A stretch of 64,000 bases of DNA from Candidatus Sericytochromatia bacterium (GCA_018780035.1 JADMKE010000014.1:9271-73270), one strand, 5' to 3'; counted from the first letter of the stretch, positions 28,732 through 41,842 are shown. Translations and numbers: made by a program. Notes: a model not told the origin generated them from the letters alone.

Positions 28732-30690
28732 TTATCTTGCAGACAGCCCCATTTCAACCAGTGCTTCCAGGCCTTTGCGCAAAGCAGGAGCTTGACGTGC
28801 AGGAAATTGCATCAGAGCACGCAACAGGTCTTCGCCCAATAATTTGCGCAATTGCTCATACTGAGTCGCATCCGAGCCACCAACCGCAGTCGATGCTGCT
28901 CCAACAGGACTTTTCAGCGGTTCAGGGCGAGCAACCGGACTGGGCATTGGACTTGAAGAGACACTGGAAGCAACACTGGGAGTCATCGGGGGCTTGGGCC
29001 GGCTGAGCGGAGTCGAAGCAGGAGCCGCCAGGGCTGAAGCCGGGGCCTCTTTTTGAATTTCGATCAGGCCCGAACTAAAAATCTGGAAGAGGGCAGTATA
29101 GGTTGCAAAATAATCCAAATCGGAGAGCACAAGCAAATCGTTGATTGAATGCTGCCCATTGACCAGCGCAATCACCTGTTTTTGCTCTTCAGATAATTCA
29201 CTCACAGGCTCTTGCTCTGTGCGTTTAACCACGGCACTGGGATTGGGCATTTTTTCTTTGATCATCAAAAGAATCGCCAGGTTTTTGTCGGCGTCGCCGA
29301 GTACGTCCCGGCCTTTGGGCTCGGAGCTGCCCTCACGCTGAATCAGGCGGCCATCGACAATTTCATAATCGGCGAAGACCACAAACTCCTGTTGCAAAGG
29401 CGTGGCACTCTCTTCAAAGAAAAACTTGGCATCAGCCCAGCTCAACAATTCATATAAAACACATTCGATCTGGTGGTAAACCAGCTGGGGAATGATCTCA
29501 GCTTGGATCAGCTTTTCCGCCACCAAAATTTCGCCCAGATGTTTGCCCTTTTGCTCTTTTTGCGTTTCAAGCGCATCTTGCAAATCTTCGACCGTAATCA
29601 GGCCTTTGTGGACAAGCAAATCACCAAAACGCTGACTGTACATCGTTGAAGAGGCATGCACCAGATTGCCTTCGTGTAACATCAAATCACTGTGAATCAC
29701 ACTTTTTTGGTTTTCCACGCGCAGTTTGCCACTGCGTTTACCCCCTTTGATCAGGGCAGACAAGACCTGGAACAGATCAGCCCCACGGGCACGGCGCAAA
29801 AAAGACCGCTCATCAGAAGCACTGGAGGGCACAACAGGGGCTTCGGACCGGGTTGCTGTTGCAGCAGGTGTGGGGCGGGGCGTTGCAGCCGGACGAGAGA
29901 CCATCGGCTCGGGGGCTTTTTTGGCATAACGGGGCGTTTCGAGACTTCCCATGCCGATCGTTTCCCAACTCAGCAATTGAAAGAGCGCAGTATAAGTTTC
30001 AAAATAGCCCAGATCAGAGAGCAGCAAAATATCGCGCAGACTGTTGCGGTTATTGACCGCTTGATAGACATGATTCTGAGGGTCGGACAGCTCAGCGGGA
30101 TCCGCTTCGCGCAGGCGCTTTAAAATCATATTGGGGTTGGATAATTTTTCACGCATCAACATCAAAACCGGTAAATTTTTGTCGGCATCTGCCGCAAACT
30201 CGGTGACATCTAATAAACGTTCAGCTTCGAGTTCTCCGGCAAAATAGGTCGAAAAATCTTCAGGATTGTGTTCAACCGGGATCAGTTTAAAATCACAGGT
30301 TTTCCACATCATAATCTCGTAGGCCAAGACCTCGTCAAGGTGGTTGATCACCGCTTTGAGATTGGCTTCGTCGATCAGTTTGTGGCGCAACAGCAAACGT
30401 GCCAATGAGGGGGTGGGTTGCTCCGCCTTGCGAATATCTTTCATTTCTTGAAGCTGGTTTTTGTCAATAAAACCGCGTTTGCCCAGGGCTGAGCTCAAAC
30501 TGAATTTATAATCGGTAGAAGCGGCATGGATAAACACATTCTCGCGAATAAATAAACTGTTTTGGGCCCCCATCGGATGGGTCGCCTGGAGTTTGTGAAT
30601 CACACCTGGCGCTGTGAGGGCGCCTTCAGTTGCCAGGGTATTGAGTAATTGAATTAAATCCTGCCCTTTAAGCTCACCAAACTGCCTCAC
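28732..30690 (-). CDS. tandem DUF4388-domain protein
   Basis: Two repeats of the pattern G.L..-DL.QLL..L...G.L...-HASST-Y--LG--LV--GLI---. Confidence 0.7.
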   Translation of the reverse strand: MRQFGELKGQDLIQLLNTLATEGALTAPGVIHKLQATHPMGAQNSLFIRENVFIHAASTDYKFSLSSALGKRGFIDKNQLQEMKDIRKAEQPTPSLARLLLRHKLIDEANLKAVINHLDEVLAYEIMMWKTCDFKLIPVEHNPEDFSTYFAGELEAERLLDVTEFAADADKNLPVLMLMREKLSNPNMILKRLREADPAELSDPQNHVYQAVNNRNSLRDILLLSDLGYFETYTALFQLLSWETIGMGSLETPRYAKKAPEPMVSRPAATPRPTPAATATRSEAPVVPSSASDERSFLRRARGADLFQVLSALIKGGKRSGKLRVENQKSVIHSDLMLHEGNLVHASSTMYSQRFGDLLVHKGLITVEDLQDALETQKEQKGKHLGEILVAEKLIQAEIIPQLVYHQIECVLYELLSWADAKFFFEESATPLQQEFVVFADYEIVDGRLIQREGSSEPKGRDVLGDADKNLAILLMIKEKMPNPSAVVKRTEQEPVSELSEEQKQVIALVNGQHSINDLLVLSDLDYFATYTALFQIFSSGLIEIQKEAPASALAAPASTPLSRPKPPMTPSVASSVSSSPMPSPVARPEPLKSPVGAASTAVGGSDATQYEQLRKLLGEDLLRALMQFPARQAPALRKGLEALVEMGLSAR

Positions 30691-30802
30691 TGTATGTGTC
30701 CCTCTTTCTGTCTTGTAACTTTTGCAAAACGCGCTCTAATATAATACCCCAACTCGCAAAGAAGAGTATCTCCCGGAGAAGGTATCTGTTACACTGACAC
30801 TC

Positions 30803-31393
30803 ATGAAAAAGCGACTTCTTTTAACTCTCACTTTGGCCACTTGCCTGAGCGGATGTTACGCCTGGGAAATGGTCTTAGAAGATCCGCTGGATCGGGTCGA
30901 AAAACGCCAAGCAGATCTCTGCCCATTGGCGGTGCTGCCAACAGCGCAAACAAGCAGCAAAGCCCCTGCGGATTTTGAATGGGACAAACTCAACCAAACC
31001 TTGGCACGCCAATTTCCGCGTGAATTGGCGCTGCAGACCTTGGCTTATCAGGGCGAAGCCTGTTCTTCAGACAGTACTGAAAGTGTAACCACAAAAGAGG
31101 GCGCCCCACCGCTTTTGGTTCGGGGTTGGGTCAAAGCCCAAGAATACCAGCAAAGTCAACAGGGCACGCCGCTGGGTTGGCCTGGCAGACAAGAAACAGC
31201 CCGTTTAGAAATCAAAATGGAATTGCATTTGGCCATCTGGCAAAGACAACCTGCTCTGCGCTTAAAAGAGGTCACAGTCTCAGAGACCGCACGGGCAGCC
31301 CACAGCGATCGCCCCCTTTTATTGGCTCAATTGCAAGAGCGGCTCGTTCAAAAAGCCTTTCAGGGCTTACAGACCCATTACAGCTACCGCTGA
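30803..31393 (+). CDS. hypothetical lipoprotein
   Basis: Lipobox LSGC. Converges on the flhB end with a 10-nt overlap. Confidence 0.55.
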   Translation: MKKRLLLTLTLATCLSGCYAWEMVLEDPLDRVEKRQADLCPLAVLPTAQTSSKAPADFEWDKLNQTLARQFPRELALQTLAYQGEACSSDSTESVTTKEGAPPLLVRGWVKAQEYQQSQQGTPLGWPGRQETARLEIKMELHLAIWQRQPALRLKEVTVSETARAAHSDRPLLLAQLQERLVQKAFQGLQTHYSYR

Positions 31394-32457
31394 GAAAAGT
31401 CTTCAATCCGTCCTGTCATTTGATAGACGTAGATCAATACCTCTGAGACAGCCGCATAGAGCTCAGCAGGCACCTCCTGCCCCACCTCCACAGAACGAAA
31501 GAGCGCCCGTGCCAGAGGTTTGTTTTCCAAAATCGGCACCTGATATTCGCGCCCCCGCTCCTTGATGCGCTCGGCAATCGCCTCCGCGCCTTTGGCCACG
31601 ACCTGTGGTGCATTCATACTCTCAGGTTTGTATTCAATCGCCACCGCCAAGTGGGTTGGATTGGTGAGAATCACGTCGGCACGGGGAATCGATTCCATCA
31701 TGCGCTGCAAAGCTGCTTTGCGTTGTAATTGTTTGATCTTGGCTTTGATCTGAGGATCGCCTTCTGAATTGCGGTGTTCGTCTTTGATCTCCTGTTTACT
31801 CATGCGAATCCCGCGTTCGAAGTACCAGCGCTGCCAAATCAGATCGACAATCGCCACGATCAGCATCACTGCCCCCAATTTCCAAGAGAGTTCCCAAACC
31901 ACAGCAGCCATCAGACGACCAGTCTCACTGAGAGGCATATGCACCGTTTGCAATAATTGATTGTAATGGCTGGTCAAAATGGAGATTGCGAGCCAGAGAA
32001 AAATGCTGATCTTGACCAGGTTCATACCGAGTTGCATCAGCGGCTGCATGGAAAAAAGCCGCTTAAACCCCTGAACAGGATTGAGTTTTGTAATATCGGG
32101 TTTGATCGAGTAAAAGGAGAGATGCAGCCCCACTTGGCTGATATTGCTGATCACGGCCGTAATAATCAAAGCCAGAAAAAGCGGTGCCAAAGCAACCAGC
32201 ATGCCCATTGAGATCTGCCCCATTAAGGCCATAAAGCCATTGACACTGATGTCTTTGGGAAAATTGTTCCAGAGCTGATAGGTGCTGGTCTGCACATAAT
32301 GTACAACTGCTGGGAAATAAAATTTGAGAAAGACAATTGCCACGATAAACAACAGCGCCGTGTTAAATTCCTGGCTTTTGGCTGTCTGTCCCTTGCCTCG
32401 CAACTCGCCACGCCTGCGGGGGGTGGCTTTCTCTGTTTTTGAAGGATCTGCCATCAA
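31384..32457 (-). CDS. flhB: flagellar export apparatus protein FlhB
   Basis: NPTH autocleavage motif (ILTNPTHLAVAIEY), four N-terminal TM helices, 357 aa. Confidence 0.95.
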   Translation of the reverse strand: MMADPSKTEKATPRRRGELRGKGQTAKSQEFNTALLFIVAIVFLKFYFPAVVHYVQTSTYQLWNNFPKDISVNGFMALMGQISMGMLVALAPLFLALIITAVISNISQVGLHLSFYSIKPDITKLNPVQGFKRLFSMQPLMQLGMNLVKISIFLWLAISILTSHYNQLLQTVHMPLSETGRLMAAVVWELSWKLGAVMLIVAIVDLIWQRWYFERGIRMSKQEIKDEHRNSEGDPQIKAKIKQLQRKAALQRMMESIPRADVILTNPTHLAVAIEYKPESMNAPQVVAKGAEAIAERIKERGREYQVPILENKPLARALFRSVEVGQEVPAELYAAVSEVLIYVYQMTGRIEDFSQR

Positions 32458-33215
32458 ATGACCTGTGCCAATTGCTGCAATAATTGCAGCAGAAGATCGT
32501 GAATAAACTGAAAAGTGAAATAGAGCGAAAAGAGCAAACTCAAAAGCCCTATATAAATTTTAATCGAAAAGCTGAGCACAAGGATATTCATTTGCGGTGC
32601 CGTGCGTGCAACCAACCCCAGAATCAGGTCAATCAAGGTCAAAACACCACAAATCGGAGCGGCAATGATCAGCGCCACCAGAAAAATCTGGGCAAAGAGC
32701 GCAAAAATGCGCTCCAAAATCAGCTGGTTAAAGACCAAGGTTCCGACAGGAACTGCCTTAAAACTCTTCTGAAAGGCCAAAATCAGAAAATGATGGCCAT
32801 TGAGAGAAAAGAAAATCAGGATTGAGATAATATAATAGACTTCTGACAAAAGCGGGCGCTGGGTCTGAGAATCGGGATTGAGAATATTGGCTTGGGCAAA
32901 GCCCATCTGCAGACCAATAAACTGCCCAGCCAGAATCATGCCCTCAAAAATCAACGAGGCACACCAGCCATAAATCAGGCCCACAATCAATTCCAAAAGA
33001 CAGGCAATCAAATACAGGATCGCGTCTTCGGGAACAGGTTTAAGCGGTATCAGCGGAAAGACCGCAGCGGCAATCAGCAGCGACAACATCAAGCGCACCT
33101 GATTGGGAACGCGCTGCTGGCCAAAAATCGGCGCGGTTAAAAACAGGCCACTGCTGCGCAGGGCCACCAGCGCAAAGAGCGGGAGCTGCGCCAGAACCTG
33201 AGAATAGAGCTCCAT
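32454..33215 (-). CDS. fliR: flagellar export apparatus protein FliR
   Basis: Polytopic 253-aa membrane protein. 4-nt overlaps with flhB and fliQ. Confidence 0.9.
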   Translation of the reverse strand: MELYSQVLAQLPLFALVALRSSGLFLTAPIFGQQRVPNQVRLMLSLLIAAAVFPLIPLKPVPEDAILYLIACLLELIVGLIYGWCASLIFEGMILAGQFIGLQMGFAQANILNPDSQTQRPLLSEVYYIISILIFFSLNGHHFLILAFQKSFKAVPVGTLVFNQLILERIFALFAQIFLVALIIAAPICGVLTLIDLILGLVARTAPQMNILVLSFSIKIYIGLLSLLFSLYFTFQFIHDLLLQLLQQLAQVI

Positions 33216-33217
33216 GG

Positions 33218-33493
33218 CTAAAACTTAACAGCAGCCGGAATGCCCAGAATCAGCGAGGTCGAAAAGTCCATAATCATATGCAACATCCAAGGCCCCAAAA
33301 GCATCATCACAATCCCCACAATCACCACTTTGGGAATAAACGTGAGGGTCATTTCGTTGATCTGGGTCACGCTTTGAAAGAGGCCCACCAAAATCCCAAC
33401 TACAGCACTGGTCAGCAGCATCGGCGCCAGGAGCTGCGCCGTCAGGGTCAGACCCTGTTGCAAAATTTGCAAAAACAGATCTTCGGGATTCAT
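33218..33493 (-). CDS. fliQ: flagellar export apparatus protein FliQ
   Basis: LFQSVTQINEMTLTFIPK motif. The true start is probably the MNPEDLF methionine (~91 aa); the track ORF started at 33532. Confidence 0.9.
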   Translation of the reverse strand: MNPEDLFLQILQQGLTLTAQLLAPMLLTSAVVGILVGLFQSVTQINEMTLTFIPKVVIVGIVMMLLGPWMLHMIMDFSTSLILGIPAAVKF

Positions 33494-34257
33494 GAGAAAC
33501 TGCCGATCAGGGCCTGGCTGAGAATGTTCCAACCATCGATCAAGACAAACAGAATCAGCTTAAAGGGCAATGAGACCACCGTCGGAGGCAACATCATCAT
33601 GCCCATCGACATCAGGGTACTGGCCACGACCATATCAATGATCAAAAATGGGATATAGACCAAAAAGCCAATCAGAAAAGCCGTCTTGAGTTCGCTGGTG
33701 ATAAAAGCCGGGATCAAGACATGGGTGGGCACTTCTTCGGGCAATTTGGGGCGCGGCGCTTTGGCCAAACTGAGATACAACTCCAAATCGGGCTGGCGCA
33801 CCTGTTTGAGCATAAAGCGGCGAAAGGGCAAAATCCCCGCTTCCAAGGCCTGCTCTTGATTGATCTGTTTTTTGAGAAAGGGCTGAAGGGCTTTATCGTT
33901 GGCCTCTTGAAAATCAGGCATCGAGATAAACAAGGTCATAAACAAAGCCATACCCACCAAAACCTGGTTGGGGGGAGCCTGTTGGGTGCCCAAAGCCTGG
34001 CGCAAAAAACCCAGGACTATCACAATCCGGGTAAAAGGCGTCATCATGACCAAAATCGAAGGTGCAAGCGCCATAACCGTAAACAACAACAAAAGCTGAA
34101 CACTGAAGACGATCTCTTGGGGCGTGCGGGCCTGCTCAATCGGGATGCGGGGAATGGGCAAGGTCTGGGCCTGAACAGCCAACGACCAGAGACCACTGGA
34201 GAGCAAAACCCCAGCAGAGAGAAAAGATTTCTGAAGCAGAGACTGAATTTGAAACAT
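33490..34257 (-). CDS. fliP: flagellar export apparatus protein FliP
   Basis: Signal peptide plus MMTPFTRIVIVLGFLRQALG...LFMTLFIMPDF. Confidence 0.95.
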   Translation of the reverse strand: MFQIQSLLQKSFLSAGVLLSSGLWSLAVQAQTLPIPRIPIEQARTPQEIVFSVQLLLLFTVMALAPSILVMMTPFTRIVIVLGFLRQALGTQQAPPNQVLVGMALFMTLFISMPDFQEANDKALQPFLKKQINQEQALEAGILPFRRFMLKQVRQPDLELYLSLAKAPRPKLPEEVPTHVLIPAFITSELKTAFLIGFLVYIPFLIIDMVVASTLMSMGMMMLPPTVVSLPFKLILFVLIDGWNILSQALIGSFS

Positions 34258-34379
34258 CTTCCCATTGTAGCCGGGTGACAGGGGGATATCAATCAGAGAG
34301 TTGAATTTTTCAAATCAATGCGATACAATTTAGACATCGGCTTTCCCCTGCTCAACTCAAAATTTTCTCGCAAAGGAAT

Positions 34380-35501
<1,122 letters not shown>

Positions 35502-35512
35502 GGTAACTAAAA

Positions 35513-36736
35513 ATGAAACACAGTATTCTCTCGCAAACCCCCCAAAGTCTCAAATTGCGCTTTCAGCTCAGCCCCGAAGAGAGCCGCCTGCCCGGTGGCG
35601 ACACCCTCAGTGCTGCCGAGCGGCAGCAACAGGTCATGCAAAACGCACTCGACCGCTATTTACAAACCGAACCGCAAGAATACGCCCGCCCGCCCCAGCT
35701 CAAATTGCTGAGTGAGAGCAGCCTGGGCCTGTCTTTTGCCTGTGAAATGGAATTTTATCCCGAAGTCAAATTGCCTGAGAACCTGCATTTGAAGCTCGAT
35801 GTGCCCGTTCTGGCTGCACCTGAGCAGAAAGAGATTCAACAGGCCCTGCAAGGGTTGCAAATCCGCTACGGAGAGCAATTGCTGGCCGATCGCCCGGCCC
35901 AATGGGGGGATGTGGTGCTGATCGACACCCTGGCCACCTGTTTGGGTCAATATCTGCCGGGCAGTGCCCGCAGCCAATTGTTAATTGTGCTTGACCCCGC
36001 CGAAAAAGAAGATCCCTTTCTGGCAGGTTTAATTGGCCTGAGCGCAGGTCAAAAAACCGAGATCAACAAACCCCTCAGCGCCGATTACCCCCACGCGGCC
36101 TGGCGCGGCAAACCTGCGCGTTATCAGGTCTATCTGCATCAGGTGCGGGCTTTGCGCATTCCCCCCGCAGAGGTGCTACCCAGTTTGCTCAATGAAAGTA
36201 ATCTGGAAAGTCTCTTGGCCGTGATCTTTGAGGAACTCAAAGTGTCCAAAACCACTGCTTGGCGCAATCAAATTCGCGAAACGCTCTCAGAGACCTTGGT
36301 CGCCCAAAGTGAGCTCTCCCTGCCCAATGGCTGGGTCGAAGGCGAATTGGCGGGTCGCTGGAAAAGTGAAGATGAAACCCCTTTGCTCAAACTCAAAGAG
36401 CTGCCCCAAAGTGCCGAAATTCTAAAAAAGGGCCTGCTGAATTTAAAAATGCTGCCCCACTTGCAGAACGAAGCGAGCCAAGCTCTCAAAACCCGGCTGG
36501 TCTTACGGGCTGTGGCTGAGCGAGAAGGCATTACTTTGGAGCAACCCGAATTGGAACAGCTTTTTCAAGCCCTCAATCCCGAGCGCCCGGTCAAAGAGAT
36601 TGTCGCGCAACTCAAGCAGGGCCCTGAACTGGGTGTTTTGCTGGGTGTTTGGCTCAGTGGCAAGGTGATGAACCATTTGGTCAGCCGGGCAGAAATCCGC
36701 TCAGGTGGAGAAGTGATTCAGACCGGGCAGGCCTAA
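35513..36736 (+). CDS. trigger-factor-like protein (diverged Tig)
   Basis: CEMEFYPEVKLPE resembles Tig VEFEVYPEVELQ. An FKBP-like central segment and a C-terminal helical arm are present (LVLRAVAEREGITLEQPELEQLF). Confidence 0.55.
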   Translation: MKHSILSQTPQSLKLRFQLSPEESRLPGGDTLSAAERQQQVMQNALDRYLQTEPQEYARPPQLKLLSESSLGLSFACEMEFYPEVKLPENLHLKLDVPVLAAPEQKEIQQALQGLQIRYGEQLLADRPAQWGDVVLIDTLATCLGQYLPGSARSQLLIVLDPAEKEDPFLAGLIGLSAGQKTEINKPLSADYPHAAWRGKPARYQVYLHQVRALRIPPAEVLPSLLNESNLESLLAVIFEELKVSKTTAWRNQIRETLSETLVAQSELSLPNGWVEGELAGRWKSEDETPLLKLKELPQSAEILKKGLLNLKMLPHLQNEASQALKTRLVLRAVAEREGITLEQPELEQLFQALNPERPVKEIVAQLKQGPELGVLLGVWLSGKVMNHLVSRAEIRSGGEVIQTGQA

Positions 36737-36743
36737 CATCGCG

Positions 36744-37664
36744 CTAAAGCTCGTCCAAGCGATCTTGTAATTTTTCGAGTTCTTGTACCAATTTTTGGTA
36801 AGTGGACTCCAGCGCCAAAATCGCATAACCCTGTTGGTCCCATTCGTCTTGCTGGTCGGCAAAGCGATCACATTGGTCCAAAAAGATCTCAATATCTGCA
36901 GGACTGGGGCCGGGCAGGCCCGACTCAAGCGCGTCAAGATGCGCTTTGACCTTGGCCAATTCCTCAGCCATTTCTGTTTCCATTGCCATAAATAGCTCAC
37001 TGCGCTTGAGATGCCCCTGGTATCTGCGTTCCAGGGTTTCGAGCGCCAGAAGTCGGTGCTGCACCTGTCCTGTATCCAAATCCTCTTCCAGGCGCTTGAG
37101 TTGGGCTTGAATACGCATGCAGGTTTCAGTCAAAAATTGCTGATCTTTGACAATGGTTGGGTGCATGGCTTTGCCCGGCGCAGGCATGGGCTGCTCCATC
37201 CACTGTTTGAGCAATTGAAAGAGTTCCTCTTCAACCTGCTGCAACTCCACTTCGGGATCGTCGCTGAAACTGGCAGTTGTACTGGGTCGACTCTGAACCG
37301 GCTTGGCCGGCTGTGTGCTGACCTGAGACTGAATATGGTCGAGCCAGCGGCAAGAATCCGCATGTTGGGGATCGATCGCCAAAGCGGCCTGAAAATAGCG
37401 AATGGCCATGCGGGTATCACCCAGCAGCAGAAAGATATAACCCAGTCCCGAACAGGGTTCAGGGTCACGCCGATTGTTGCGCATGGCCTCCATCCAGCTC
37501 TCCAGCGCCTGGGCAAGGGCTGCTTTGTCGCGAAAATTGCTTTCAATTGCTTTGCTCAGGGCCTTGAGCCCCGTGTCGTAATGATTTTGGGCACTGCTTT
37601 GGCGGCGGCCTTGCAATTGCTGGCGCTGGGCCTGGAGTTCTTTGAGGGCGGAGAGGGCTTGCAT
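36744..37664 (-). CDS. TPR/coiled-coil protein
   Basis: TPR-like GYIFLLLGDTRMAIRYFQAALAIDP followed by coiled-coil heptads. Confidence 0.55.
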   Translation of the reverse strand: MQALSALKELQAQRQQLQGRRQSSAQNHYDTGLKALSKAIESNFRDKAALAQALESWMEAMRNNRRDPEPCSGLGYIFLLLGDTRMAIRYFQAALAIDPQHADSCRWLDHIQSQVSTQPAKPVQSRPSTTASFSDDPEVELQQVEEELFQLLKQWMEQPMPAPGKAMHPTIVKDQQFLTETCMRIQAQLKRLEEDLDTGQVQHRLLALETLERRYQGHLKRSELFMAMETEMAEELAKVKAHLDALESGLPGPSPADIEIFLDQCDRFADQQDEWDQQGYAILALESTYQKLVQELEKLQDRLDEL

Positions 37665-37920
37665 CGGAGTCTCCTTAGAAGAAGGTCTGTCTCATTATAG
37701 AGAATTTGAGGCAGCAGGCATAATATCAGGGGAGCTTTTTTGAAGCATGCAAGCCAAAATAAAGGCTGCGCAGAAAAAGGCAAATACACAGCACGGCTCC
37801 TGAATACAAAGATGGATTATTTTGCACAATAGATTCAGCAATTCCTATTAACTTTTTATTTTAAATCGTGTATAACTATTACAGAACCCCCTGACAGGGG
37901 CAAAGCGGAGGAAGAAAACC

Positions 37921-40521
37921 ATGCTGGATATCAATAAACTGACCGAAAAAGCCCAGACGGCCTTGGCAGCGGCCCAACAATATGTCGAAGAGTATACCCA
38001 CAATTATATTGACAACGAACACCTGCTCTTGGCACTGCTGGAGCAGAAAGACGGTGTCGTGCCTGAGATTGTCAAAAAGCTCAACAAACGCAATGAGCTG
38101 GTGATCGACAAGGTGCGGGCCGAGCTGAACAAATTGCCGCGCGTGACCTCTTCCAGCGGCGATGTCAACCGGGCCTATATCTCCAACCGCCTCAACCGCG
38201 TCTTTGCCTTGGCCGAACAAGAGTCCAAGCGCATGAAAGACGAGTTTATCGGCGTGGAACACCTCTTGATTGCCCTCTCCGACGACCAAGACCGGGGCGC
38301 GGCTTTTCAGGTGCTCAAAGAGCAGGGCATTACCCGCGAGCAGATCTACCAGGTGCTGGGCAGCATTCGTGGTAAACAGCGCATCACCGACAAAAACCCC
38401 GAAGCCCGATACCAGGCCCTGGAAAAATATGGCAGCAATTTAACCGAATATGCCCGCAAAGGCAAACTCGACCCCGTGATTGGCCGCGACGATGAAATCC
38501 GGCGCGTGGTGCAGGTACTCAGCCGCCGCACCAAAAACAACCCCGTCTTGATCGGCGATCCCGGCGTGGGCAAAACAGCGATCATCGAGGGCCTGGCCCA
38601 GCGCATTGTCAAAGGAGATGTGCCCGAAGGCCTCAAAAACAAAGAGCTGATCACCCTGGATATGGGCGCCTTAATTGCCGGAGCCAAGTTTCGCGGTGAA
38701 TTCGAAGACCGCCTCAAAGCGGTGCTCAAAGAGGTCAAAGAGAGCGAAGGCCAGATCATTTTGTTTATCGACGAGCTGCACACCGTGGTGGGAGCAGGCG
38801 CGGCAGAAGGTTCGATGGATGCTGCCAATTTGCTCAAACCCATGCTCGCGCGGGGCGAACTGCACTGTATTGGCGCCACCACCATTGATGAATACCGCAA
38901 ATACATCGAAAAAGACCCGGCACTCGAACGGCGCTTTCAACCGACCATGGTCAATGAACCCTCGGTCGAAGACACGATCAGCATTTTGCGTGGCCTGCGC
39001 GAGCGCTACGAGGTGCACCACGGCGTGCGCATCAAAGACTCAGCCATGATTGCAGCCGCCACGCTCTCGCACCGCTATCTGACCGACCGCAAATTGCCCG
39101 ACAAAGCCATCGATCTGCTCGACGAAGCCGGGGCCAAAATCCGCACCGAGATCGACTCCATGCCAACCGAATTGGATGAGATCGAGCGGCGCAAAATGCA
39201 GCTCGAAATCGAGCGCGAGGCCCTGCACAAAGAAACCGATGCAGGCTCGATTGAACGCCTGCAGCGCCTGGATGCAGAGCTGGAAGATCTGCGCGAAAAA
39301 TCCAATACCCTCTTTCAGCAATGGCACAACGAAAAAGACGCGATCATGAAAGTGCGCCAAATCAAAGAGGAGATCGAAAAAACCAATGTCTTGGTGGCCC
39401 AGGCCGAGCGCGAAGCCAATCTGGCCCAAGCCGCTGAACTCAAATATGGCCGCTTGATCGAATTGGAAAAACTCCGCAAAGAGGCCGAGCAGGCCCTGCA
39501 GGGAGACGGTGAGCGCCTGCTCAAGGAAGAAATCGACTCCGACGATATCGCCGAGGTGGTCAGCCGCTGGACCCATATTCCCGTCACCAAATTACTCGAA
39601 GGGGAAATCCAAAAATTGATCCACCTCGAAGACAATTTACACAGACGGGTGGTTGGCCAAGAAGACGCAATTGTGGCTGTTTCCAACGCTGTGCGTCGGG
39701 CACGGGCAGGGCTCAAAGAGGCCAACCGCCCAATCGGTTCGTTTATTTTCCTTGGACCCACTGGGGTGGGCAAAACCGAATTGGCCAAAGCCTTGGCAGA
39801 GTTTCTCTTTGACGACGAACGCGCCATGGTGCGGATTGATATGTCCGAGTACATGGAGAAACACTCTGTCTCACGTTTGATCGGCGCCCCGCCTGGGTAT
39901 ATCGGCTACGACGAAGGGGGGCAATTGACCGAAGCCATCCGGCGCAAACCCTTCAGTGTGATCCTCTTTGATGAGATCGAAAAGGCCCACAACGATGTGT
40001 TTAATATCATGTTGCAGATTCTCGACGATGGCCAATTGACCGATGGCAAAGGCAAAAAGGTGGATTTTAAAAACACCTTGATCATCATGACCAGTAATAT
40101 TGGCAGCCAATATATCCTGCAGTACCGCGAAGGCGAATTTCAGTACGAGGATATGCGCGATGCGGTCATGACCGCTTTAAATGCCCATTTTCGGCCTGAA
40201 TTTCTCAACCGCATTGATGAGACCGTGGTCTTCCATTCGCTGGGCAAAGAACAATTGCAGCATATTCTCGGCATTCAAATGCTCCGGGTTGGCAAACTCT
40301 TAACCGATCGCCACCTGAGTTTGGAATTGAGCGAAAGTGCGCAGGCCTTTTTGGTCCGCGAAGGTTATCACCCCACCTTGGGGGCCCGCCCGCTCAAACG
40401 CGTGATTCAGCGCGAATTGGAAAATCCCCTCTCGATGGCCATATTAAAAGGGCAATTTAAAGAGGGTGACAACATTCGGGCTGAAATTGTCGAAGACAAA
40501 CTGGCTTTTAGCAAGATTTAG
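37921..40521 (+). CDS. clpB: ATP-dependent chaperone ClpB
   Basis: Clp N-domain, two AAA+ modules ([25 protein letters not shown]), a long M-domain coiled coil, 866 aa. Confidence 0.97.
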   Translation: MLDINKLTEKAQTALAAAQQYVEEYTHNYIDNEHLLLALLEQKDGVVPEIVKKLNKRNELVIDKVRAELNKLPRVTSSSGDVNRAYISNRLNRVFALAEQESKRMKDEFIGVEHLLIALSDDQDRGAAFQVLKEQGITREQIYQVLGSIRGKQRITDKNPEARYQALEKYGSNLTEYARKGKLDPVIGRDDEIRRVVQVLSRRTKNNPVLIGDPGVGKTAIIEGLAQRIVKGDVPEGLKNKELITLDMGALIAGAKFRGEFEDRLKAVLKEVKESEGQIILFIDELHTVVGAGAAEGSMDAANLLKPMLARGELHCIGATTIDEYRKYIEKDPALERRFQPTMVNEPSVEDTISILRGLRERYEVHHGVRIKDSAMIAAATLSHRYLTDRKLPDKAIDLLDEAGAKIRTEIDSMPTELDEIERRKMQLEIEREALHKETDAGSIERLQRLDAELEDLREKSNTLFQQWHNEKDAIMKVRQIKEEIEKTNVLVAQAEREANLAQAAELKYGRLIELEKLRKEAEQALQGDGERLLKEEIDSDDIAEVVSRWTHIPVTKLLEGEIQKLIHLEDNLHRRVVGQEDAIVAVSNAVRRARAGLKEANRPIGSFIFLGPTGVGKTELAKALAEFLFDDERAMVRIDMSEYMEKHSVSRLIGAPPGYIGYDEGGQLTEAIRRKPFSVILFDEIEKAHNDVFNIMLQILDDGQLTDGKGKKVDFKNTLIIMTSNIGSQYILQYREGEFQYEDMRDAVMTALNAHFRPEFLNRIDETVVFHSLGKEQLQHILGIQMLRVGKLLTDRHLSLELSESAQAFLVREGYHPTLGARPLKRVIQRELENPLSMAILKGQFKEGDNIRAEIVEDKLAFSKI

Positions 40522-41641
40522 AAATGTCTTCGAGCCCCAAGCGCGAAAAGGGGCCAAGTGTATCTCCTGCTTTGAGCGACTGACCAGGCCCCAAATGGGC
40601 CTGGTCGGCCACCAAGGCAGCTTGCAAGCGACAGTCCGAAGCCACGCTGGCCCGTGAAGCCAAAAGGCTATCTGAAAGCTGGCAACGCGCACCCACCTGG
40701 GTTTGAGACCAGATTGTGACATTTTTAAGCTGCGTCCCTGCGCCAATCTGGACATGATCGCCCAGAAAAACCGGGCCCTGGATTTTGACATTTTTACCAA
40801 TTTTACAGTGACGGCCAATAAAAATGGCCCCCTCAGATTGGGGCAGCTCTTCACAGACCGACCCCTCGCCCAGCCAAACCTGTGTTTTTTCAGTCTTTTG
40901 CAAAAGTCGGCCTTCGGGTTGAAAGGGCAGAACCGCCAAAAAGTCTTTCTGACGCTGCAAATAGCCCGCCAAAGAATGCCAAATACAGAGTTCTCTTTGC
41001 GAAGTATAGCCATAACAATAGGGCACATTTTCGCCAAAATAACTGGCCAAAGGTGCTTTGAGCAAAGGCACTTGGGCCAGCAACATGTCTTCAAGAATGT
41101 CTGTCTCAAGCAAATACATACGGGCATCTTGCGCAGGGCGCAGACCCGCCCCCTCTTTGAGCGAAAGCAAATCCTCACCATCGGTATAGACAGGCTGTAA
41201 GAGCCCTGAGGAAGTGCGCCCGGGCAGCAAACGCACACTGCAATCGGCCTGTTTTTCGCGGTGGAAGGCCAAAAATGCAGTGATGTCTACCGTATCAGGA
41301 AAAGGATCTTGCAAGAGCAAAACGGGCTGTTCCAAAGGAAGACGATCCAAGAGTTCATCGCGCAAGGGGGACTCGGTATCATAGAGGTGACGCAAGAGCA
41401 TATAGTCCAGCACCAATCCAGTGCGGGCCAGTTCTGGACGCAGCGGATGCAACCAAGAGGCAGAAAGATCGTCTAAAACAAAGACGACACGTTCAACACC
41501 GGCAGACTTGAGCCGCAGCAAAATGATTTTTAAGAGCGGCTGATTGCAAAAGGGCACCAAAAAAGGCACAGGCACATGCAAAAGTGGCATGCTCCAAGAG
41601 GGAGAGCCTGCCAGACAGATCAGAGCGGTAAGTGTATCCAT
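40508..41641 (-). CDS. sugar-phosphate nucleotidyltransferase with C-terminal hexapeptide (LbH) domain (GCD1/ManC-like)
   Basis: [14 protein letters not shown]...PLLHVPVPF...[21 protein letters not shown] is the NTP-transferase fold. The C-terminal repeats are [22 protein letters not shown]. The track start at 41743 is probably too long. Confidence 0.75.
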   Translation of the reverse strand: MDTLTALICLAGSPSWSMPLLHVPVPFLVPFCNQPLLKIILLRLKSAGVERVVFVLDDLSASWLHPLRPELARTGLVLDYMLLRHLYDTESPLRDELLDRLPLEQPVLLLQDPFPDTVDITAFLAFHREKQADCSVRLLPGRTSSGLLQPVYTDGEDLLSLKEGAGLRPAQDARMYLLETDILEDMLLAQVPLLKAPLASYFGENVPYCYGYTSQRELCIWHSLAGYLQRQKDFLAVLPFQPEGRLLQKTEKTQVWLGEGSVCEELPQSEGAIFIGRHCKIGKNVKIQGPVFLGDHVQIGAGTQLKNVTIWSQTQVGARCQLSDSLLASRASVASDCRLQAALVADQAHLGPGQSLKAGDTLGPFSRLGLEDISKSC

Positions 41642-41842
41642 CTCAGTTAAAGGTGCATGATTCCAGATTTTTAATCGTTGAGTTAAAACCACTATACTGG
41701 TAGTTGTCTGAATTGGCGATAGGCTTTGTGACCCAAAAATCACTAAAAATAAGGGAGCAAATCCAGAGTTGACGGCCTTTCCTCAGGTCTGCCATAATGA
41801 GGTTGCATTAAAACAGAGAAAACCCCATCACCGCCGAAAAGG

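Noticed and set aside
37850-37920. 13-nt palindrome CCCCTGACAGGGG in the clpB leader as a CIRCE or heat-shock operator
   Set aside because: It does not match the CIRCE consensus TTAGCACTC-N9-GAGTGCTAA. A short GC palindrome could be a chance hairpin. Low priority.
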